Positions 26,985-32,000 of a DNA stretch of 32,000 bases are shown piece after piece (positions within the stretch are counted from its first letter, which is position 1; every line of letters starts with the position of its first letter). Source of the stretch: Cobetia sp. cqz5-12. GTDB taxonomy: Bacteria; Pseudomonadota; Gammaproteobacteria; Pseudomonadales; Halomonadaceae. Location: contig NZ_CP044522.1 in assembly GCF_016495405.1 (NCBI RefSeq), positions 2,991,638-3,023,637 on the forward strand, in the 5' to 3' direction. The notes beneath the pieces were generated by a model. The model ran no database searches and was not told where the DNA came from. It saw only the letters and a program-made list of their open reading frames with translations. The translations under genes and the position numbers were made by a program.

Positions 26985-27802
26985 GAGCGCCCTCCTCCCT
27001 TCACCTCTTCCTGGTGCGAGACCCACTGCGGTGCGCGTTTCTCGAGGAAGGCGCTGACGCCCTCCTTCTGGTTGGGGTCATCGAACAGCTCGACGAACAG
27101 CTCGCGCTCCATGCGCAGGCCATCGCTCATGCCGCGATGGCGTGACGACATGATCAACGCCTTGCAGCGCGCCACCGCACTCGGACTCTGGTTGGCGACG
27201 CTCTCGGCGATCGCCAGTGCGCGCTCGAAGCTCTGACCGGTCTCGACTACTTCTTCCGCCAGCCCGATGCGACCGGCGGTCTCGGCATCCACCTGCTCAC
27301 CACACAGGATCATGCGCTTGGCCCAGCCTTCGCCGACCAGCCACGGCAGATGCTGGGTGCCGCCCGCACACGGCAGCAGTCCCACCTTGGCCTCCGGCAG
27401 TGCCAGTTTCGCCTGACGCTCGACGATACGGATGTCGCAGGCCAGCGCGCATTCAAGCCCACCGCCCATCGCGTAGCCGTTGACGGCGGCGATCGTCACG
27501 CCCGGGAAGTTGGCCAGGCGCTCGAAGGCCAGCCCGAAGCGGCGCGCCATGGTGGCGGCGACGCCCTTGTCACCATCGGCGAAGGTCTTGAGATCGGCGC
27601 CGGCGGAGAAGAACCTGTCGCCCTCACCGGTGATCACCACCGCACTTATGCTGCCATCGCCCTCCAGCTCGTCGAGCAGCTGCTCCAGCTCGATCAAGGA
27701 CGCTTCCGTCCAGGTGTTGGCCGGCGGGTTGTTGATGGTGACCCGGGCGATATGACGATCCTTCTCGACAACGAGGCATGGCCCTTGACTGGATGACATC
27801 AT
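26981..27802 (-). CDS. Enoyl-CoA hydratase (crotonase family; methacrylyl-CoA hydratase by context)
   Basis: 273-aa ORF with crotonase motifs (ITGEGDRFFSAGADLK, AAVNGYAMGGGLECALACD, LPEAKVGLLP). Confidence 0.88.
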   Translation of the reverse strand: MMSSSQGPCLVVEKDRHIARVTINNPPANTWTEASLIELEQLLDELEGDGSISAVVITGEGDRFFSAGADLKTFADGDKGVAATMARRFGLAFERLANFPGVTIAAVNGYAMGGGLECALACDIRIVERQAKLALPEAKVGLLPCAGGTQHLPWLVGEGWAKRMILCGEQVDAETAGRIGLAEEVVETGQSFERALAIAESVANQSPSAVARCKALIMSSRHRGMSDGLRMERELFVELFDDPNQKEGVSAFLEKRAPQWVSHQEEVKGGGRS

Positions 27803-27852
27803 GTAACTCCCTGAAAGATGGTAACCAATGACGAATTGAAGTGGAGGCGGCG

Positions 27853-29019
27853 TTACGCCAGCGACTCGATCATGCCCGGCGTCAGAAGACGGCGCGAGAT
27901 GATCAGACGCATGATCTCGTTGGTGCCTTCCAGAATCTGGTGCACACGGGTGTCACGCACCAGCCGCTCCAACGGGTACTCGCGGATATAACCGTAGCCG
28001 CCATGCAGCTGAAGTGCCTGATTGCAGACCTCGAAGCCCATGTCGGTGGCGAAGCGCTTGGCCATCGCACAGTGGGCGCTGGCCTCGCCGTCACCCTCAT
28101 CGAGTTTGAAGGCCGCCAGCCGCACCAGGGTACGCGCCGCGGTCAGTTCGGTGGCCATGTCGGCCAGCTTGAACTGCAGGGCCTGGAACTGGGCCAGCTC
28201 ACGCCCGAACTGCTTGCGCTCGCCGAGATAATCCCGCGACAGCTCCAGCGCCTTCTGGGCCGCGCCCAGTGAGCAGGTGGCGATGTTGATGCGTCCGCCA
28301 TCCAGCGCCTTCATCGCGAAGCGGAAGCCCTCGCCCTCCTCACCCAGACGATAGGCCGCCGGGACCCGCACGCGATCGAAGCTCACCAGCCGGGTCGGCT
28401 GGCTGTTCCAGCCCATCTTGTCTTCCTTCTTGCCGTAGCTGATGCCGTCTGCATCCGCTGGCACCACGAAGGCCGAGATACCCGCCGCGCCGCTGTCGGG
28501 CTCGCCGGTACGCGCCATCACCACCAGCACGTCCGTGGCACCGGCACCGGAGATGAACATCTTGGAGCCACTCAGGTAGTAGTCATCGCCCTCACGCTCG
28601 GCGCGGGTCCGCAGGCTGGCAGCGTCACTGCCGCTGCCCGGCTCGGTCAGGCAATAGGAGCCAAGCTTGTCGCCCGCTACCATCGCCGGCACCCACTGCT
28701 CGCGGCAGCTGTCCGTGGCGAAACTGGCGATCATCCAGCCCACCATGTTGTGGATGGTGATGTAGGCGGTGGTCGAGATGCAGCCGGTGGCCAGCTGCTC
28801 GAGAATGATGGAGCTGTCCAGACGCGGCAGGCCAAGGCCGCCATGCTCCTCGGGGACATAGAGCCCCATGAAGCCCGCCTCACCCGCCTTCTTCAGCGTC
28901 TCGATGGGGAAATGGGCCGTGGCGTCCCACTCAGCGGCATGCGGGGCAAGCTCGGCATCCGCGAAGGCACGCGCCCCCTCCTGGAGGGCACGCTGGTCAT
29001 CGGTCAGAGAAAAGTTCAT
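27853..29019 (-). CDS. Acyl-CoA dehydrogenase (isobutyryl-CoA dehydrogenase by context)
   Basis: 388-aa ORF with AGGAGG 7 nt upstream. ACAD signatures are present (YCLTEPGSGSDAAS, QLHGGYGYIREYPLERLVRD). Confidence 0.92.
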   Translation of the reverse strand: MNFSLTDDQRALQEGARAFADAELAPHAAEWDATAHFPIETLKKAGEAGFMGLYVPEEHGGLGLPRLDSSIILEQLATGCISTTAYITIHNMVGWMIASFATDSCREQWVPAMVAGDKLGSYCLTEPGSGSDAASLRTRAEREGDDYYLSGSKMFISGAGATDVLVVMARTGEPDSGAAGISAFVVPADADGISYGKKEDKMGWNSQPTRLVSFDRVRVPAAYRLGEEGEGFRFAMKALDGGRINIATCSLGAAQKALELSRDYLGERKQFGRELAQFQALQFKLADMATELTAARTLVRLAAFKLDEGDGEASAHCAMAKRFATDMGFEVCNQALQLHGGYGYIREYPLERLVRDTRVHQILEGTNEIMRLIISRRLLTPGMIESLA

Positions 29020-29094
29020 GCAGCTGCCTCCTGTTGTCCTTATTCTTTATCCCCAGGCCGCCGAGCCCTCAGCGGTCTTGTAAAAAAAGAGCCA

Positions 29095-30690
29095 TCAGCG
29101 CATCTGGATAGAAAAGTTGGGCTGATTGCCCTCGGCCGGCGCATCGTCGAACCAGCGCGCCGTCACCGTCTTGGTCTCGGTATAGAAGCGCACCGCCTGC
29201 TTGCCATAGGCATGCAGATCGCCGAAGAAGCTGCCGCGCCAACCGGTGAAGGAGAAGAACGGCAACGGCACCGGAATCGGCACGTTGATACCGACCTGAC
29301 CGACCGCGATCTCGTTCTGGAAGCGCCGCGCCGCGCCGCCGGAGCGCGTGAAGATGGAGGTGCCGTTGCCATAGGGATTGTTGTTGATCAGCTCGATGGC
29401 CTCGGACAGATCCGCCGCCTCCATGCAGCACAGCACCGGCCCGAAGATTTCCTCGCGATAGAGCACCATCTCCGGCGTCACCTTGGAGAACAGACACGGC
29501 CCCAGCCAGTTGCCATCGGGATAGCCCGCCACCGAGACGCCGCGACCATCCAGCAGCAGCTCGGCACCTTCCTGCTCGCCCTGCTGGATCCAGCCGGTCA
29601 CGCGCTCCAGCGCCTGCGGCGAGATCAGCGGCCCGTAGCTGGCGCCCTTGTCATCCCAGGCGCCCGGGCGCACCTCGGCCAGCGCATCGCGTACCCGCTC
29701 GATCAAGGCCTTCGAATCACCGACGAAGACCGCCACCGAGATCGCCATGCAACGCTGACCCGCCGCGCCGACGCTGGCACCGACCAGCGCGTTGACGACC
29801 TGGTCCGCAGGAGCATCCGGCATGATCACCATGTGATTCTTGGCCCCGGCGAAGCACTGGGCGCGCTTGAGGTTGTCCGTGGCGGTGCGATAGATGTGCT
29901 GCCCCACCGGCACCGAGCCGACGAAGCTGACGGTGCGCGGAATCTCGTGGGCGAGCAGATGATTGACCTGATCGCGCCCGCCCTGCACCACGGTCAGGAT
30001 GCCCTCGGGGGCACCCGCTTCCATGAACAGCTCCGCCAGCCGCAGCGTGGTCAGCGGCACCTGCTCGGAAGGCTTGAGCACGAAGGCATTGCCACAGGCG
30101 ATGGACAGCGGGAACATCCACAGCGGTATCATGGCGGGGAAGTTGAATGGCGTGATGCCCAGGCAGACACCCAGCGACTGGGTCACGGAATAGCTGTCGA
30201 TGCCGGTGGCGACGTTCTCCACCGTCTCACCCATCAGCAGGCTGGGAATGTTGGCGGCGTGTTCGACCACCTCGATACCGCGCCACACATCGCCCTTGGC
30301 GTCCTCGAAGGTCTTGCCCAGCTCGTGGGAGATGATCTCGGCCAGCTCGTCATGATGCTGCTTGAGCAGATGCTGATAGCTGAGCATCAGACGGGCGCGC
30401 GTCGGCACCGGCGTGTTGCGCCAGCACTGGAAGGCCTGCTCGGCGTGGGCCAGCGCTTCATCCAGCACACTCAGCGGCGACAGGGGCACGCGGGCGATCT
30501 CGGCGTTGGTGGCCGGGTTGGTGACGCCCAGGTGCTGATCGGCGCGACTTTCGACAAACTGACCATTGATCAGCTGTGGCAGCACCAGCGGCGCGCTGTC
30601 ACCGGCGACCACGGCGCGCAGGCGTGACAGCAGATCCAGTGAACCGCCAGAGGGCGCGGCAGTAGAGGGCGTGAGAGACGTCGAAGACAT
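29095..30690 (-). CDS. mmsA: Methylmalonate-semialdehyde dehydrogenase (CoA-acylating)
   Basis: Aldehyde dehydrogenase superfamily with the catalytic Cys context AAGQRCMA and the MMSDH-typical C-terminus [27 protein letters not shown]. The ATG at 30690 gives 531 aa. An internal GTG at 30615 would give about 506 aa, closer to the usual MmsA length, but it lacks an obvious SD sequence. Confidence 0.92.
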   Translation of the reverse strand: MSSTSLTPSTAAPSGGSLDLLSRLRAVVAGDSAPLVLPQLINGQFVESRADQHLGVTNPATNAEIARVPLSPLSVLDEALAHAEQAFQCWRNTPVPTRARLMLSYQHLLKQHHDELAEIISHELGKTFEDAKGDVWRGIEVVEHAANIPSLLMGETVENVATGIDSYSVTQSLGVCLGITPFNFPAMIPLWMFPLSIACGNAFVLKPSEQVPLTTLRLAELFMEAGAPEGILTVVQGGRDQVNHLLAHEIPRTVSFVGSVPVGQHIYRTATDNLKRAQCFAGAKNHMVIMPDAPADQVVNALVGASVGAAGQRCMAISVAVFVGDSKALIERVRDALAEVRPGAWDDKGASYGPLISPQALERVTGWIQQGEQEGAELLLDGRGVSVAGYPDGNWLGPCLFSKVTPEMVLYREEIFGPVLCCMEAADLSEAIELINNNPYGNGTSIFTRSGGAARRFQNEIAVGQVGINVPIPVPLPFFSFTGWRGSFFGDLHAYGKQAVRFYTETKTVTARWFDDAPAEGNQPNFSIQMR

Positions 30691-30851
30691 GGCGTGGCAT
30701 TCCTGTGGCTGTTGTTATTGGGAGGAAGACAGTGTGTCAACAGAGCCGAAGTCATCAGGCAGATCCATTTCGCAGAACCAGACCGTTGGCAGAAAACGGC
30801 AAGCCGAGACTGTGATCTGATTCAACCTAGCATCTGCTTGGTTGGCTGCAA

Positions 30852-30882
30852 ATACTATTACCCTTTACGTTAACGTAAACAA
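30852..30882 (-). promoter_or_regulatory. Candidate MerR-type promoter of the mmsA operon (19-bp spacer)
   Basis: The minus strand reads TTGTTT (30877-30882), a 19-nt spacer, then TAGTAT (30852-30857). The spacer holds most of the 16-bp palindrome. An over-long spacer with an embedded operator is the MerR-family hallmark. Confidence 0.4.
30864..30879. promoter_or_regulatory. Perfect 16-bp palindrome TTTACGTTAACGTAAA, candidate operator of the adjacent LiuR-like MerR regulator
   Basis: TTTACGTT/AACGTAAA is exactly self-complementary. It is AT-rich in a GC-rich genome and sits in the 289-bp divergent region between mmsA and the MerR gene. Confidence 0.55.
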
Positions 30883-30979
30883 TGCTAGTCTGTAGAAAAT
30901 TCACGGCCAGACGCCGCTGGCACCCACTGCGCCAAGGAGCATTCCCCTCTCCTCGGCGCGCACAGCATCCGGAGCGGCA

Positions 30980-31510
30980 GTGCCCATGACAGATACGATG
31001 ATGACCCCAAGTCCTGACCCAAAATCCCGGACAACGCCTGATGGCGCAATGAACAACGATGCCGGTGTGGAGTCCCTGCTGAGCACCACCAGCACCAGCG
31101 ACGCCATCCGTCCGACCCAGCGCACCTGGAGCATCGGCGAGCTGGCACGGCATTTCGACGTGACCACGCGCACCATCCGCTTCTACGAGCAGGAAGGTCT
31201 GCTGCACCCGGAGCGACGCGGTCAGACGCGCGTCTATCGCGACAAGGACCGCGTGCGTCTCAAGCTGACCCTGCGTGGCAAGCGACTGGGCTTCTCGCTG
31301 GCCGAGATTCGTGAAGTGGTCGACCTCTACGACGCCGCCGACGGCGGTGGCGAGAAGCAGCTCACCCGTCTGCTTGGCATCCTGAGCGAAAAGCGTGAGG
31401 GCCTTGAGCGACAGCTGCGCGATCTCACCGCCATGCAGCGCGAGCTGGATGACGTCGAGACACGTGCCCGCGAAGCCCTCGCCCGCCTGGCGGGCGAAAA
31501 CGAGAGCTGA
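30980..31510 (+). CDS. MerR-family transcriptional regulator, LiuR-like (branched-chain acyl-CoA catabolism)
   Basis: The HTH and coiled-coil region closely resembles LiuR-type MerR proteins (WSIGELARHFDVTTRTIRFYEQEGLLHPERRGQTRVYRDKDRVRLKLTLRGKRLGFSLAEIREVVDLYD). 30980 is a GTG and the first ATG is at 30986. The roughly 45-aa low-complexity N-terminus makes the true start uncertain. Confidence 0.85.
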   Translation: MPMTDTMMTPSPDPKSRTTPDGAMNNDAGVESLLSTTSTSDAIRPTQRTWSIGELARHFDVTTRTIRFYEQEGLLHPERRGQTRVYRDKDRVRLKLTLRGKRLGFSLAEIREVVDLYDAADGGGEKQLTRLLGILSEKREGLERQLRDLTAMQRELDDVETRAREALARLAGENES

Positions 31511-31682
31511 TTGGCGTCAACAACACCAGAACCCACTCGCGCCAAGCAGCTATACAACTGCCGGCTACACAAGTGACAGCGACTAGACTGACTGTAGATA
31601 ACTGTCTGTCGAAAACTGACCAGCGCCTCGCGAGCGCGGGCGACAGCAGACTGCCGGAGAGCAGCGCGTCGCCCGCTGACCT

Positions 31683-31744
31683 CACGACAAGACGACAGCA
31701 CGACCAGACGACAAAAACGAAAAGAACGAAAGGAACAACAACAC
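31683..31744 (+). other. 62-nt T-free, A/C/G-only tract with tandem 16-nt units in the leader upstream of the acyl-CoA ligase gene
   Basis: There is no T between 31683 and 31744. CACGACAAGACGACAG (31683-31698) and CACGACCAGACGACAA (31699-31714) match at 14 of 16 positions. These are followed by AACGAAA repeats and (AAC)3 at 31734-31742. Confidence 0.6.
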
Positions 31745-31823
31745 TGCGTCACCGCCTCCCTGAGGCGGCTCCCCCTGACAAGCCTTGCCACACCAACAAC
31801 AACCAAGGACACAGGAAAGCACC

Positions 31824-32000
31824 ATGTCACAGGACGCCATCGCCACACGCCAGCCTGCCAGCGAAATGGCACATGCAAGCCAGTCAGCCAGCTATCTCAG
31901 CGCCACCTCCGACACGCCACTGATGGGAGAAACCATCGGTGATTGCCTTGACCGCATCTGCGCGCGCTGGCCCGAGCGCGATGCTCTGATCAGCCGCCAT
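31824..32000 (+). CDS. AMP-dependent acyl-CoA synthetase/ligase (ACSF2-like), 5-prime partial, running off the window
   Basis: The ATG at 31824 has AGGA 7 nt upstream, and the frame is open to the window end (59 codons), so it is absent from the ORF track. ...TPLMGETIGDCLDRICARWPERDALISRH resembles the N-terminal region of AMP-binding acyl-CoA ligases. Confidence 0.55.
   Translation, partial: MSQDAIATRQPASEMAHASQSASYLSATSDTPLMGETIGDCLDRICARWPERDALISRH

Noticed and set aside
28750-30627. 625-aa ORF on the plus strand. The similar long antisense ORFs at 2364-3374, 23476-24282 and 24875-26140 belong to the same category.
   Set aside because: All lie opposite well-supported genes (mmsA/acyl-CoA dehydrogenase, cysS, MATE, mmsB/HIBCH). 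They lack RBS context and family motifs, so they are high-GC stop-codon depletion artefacts.
1-32000. A scan for tRNA/rRNA genes, CRISPR arrays, IS elements, integrases, toxin-antitoxin pairs and prophage remnants.
   Set aside because: No cloverleaf-like sequences, regularly spaced repeats, terminal inverted repeats with transposase ORFs, or small paired ORFs were seen. All intergenic regions are accounted for by terminators, leaders or promoters.

Overview
GC-rich gammaproteobacterial chromosomal segment. Gene content, synteny (folD / cysS / ppiB / lpxH neighbourhood) and acidic proteins suggest Halomonadaceae/Oceanospirillales, but that is inference only. I read 24 complete CDS and one partial CDS, tightly packed and separated by clear Rho-independent terminators. 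Left to right: folD, mtnN, cysS, glnS, ppiB, lpxH; a 1,304-aa multidomain STAND-type regulator; miaE with a DUF1289 Cys-rich gene; acnB; a small beta-barrel OMP; rraA; a DAACS (GltP-like) symporter; divergent ppsA/ppsR; ppnP; a MATE exporter. A six-gene valine/isobutyrate catabolic operon follows on the minus strand (mmsA, acyl-CoA dehydrogenase, enoyl-CoA hydratase, 3-hydroxyisobutyryl-CoA hydrolase, mmsB, rhodanese), with a divergent LiuR-like MerR regulator and the start of an acyl-CoA ligase gene. I found no tRNA, rRNA, CRISPR array, IS element, integrase or prophage remnant. Many ORF-track entries are antisense shadow ORFs typical of high-GC DNA, and several real genes have spurious 5-prime extensions that I trimmed, some to TTG/GTG starts. 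The most unusual element is the orphan protein combining a winged helix/BTAD, an apparently inactive cyclase domain, a P-loop STAND ATPase and TPR repeats (6977-10891). It lies directly downstream of DUF1289-miaE with no intervening terminator. Secondary observations: a perfect 16-bp palindrome inside a 19-bp-spacer MerR-type promoter; AAnAAnAA (Crc/Hfq-type) motifs next to the ribosome-binding sites of four catabolic genes; a 62-nt T-free leader; a structured acnB 3-prime UTR; and a tandem repeat spanning the ppnP stop codon. All domain calls come from reading the translations by eye and need profile searches to confirm.
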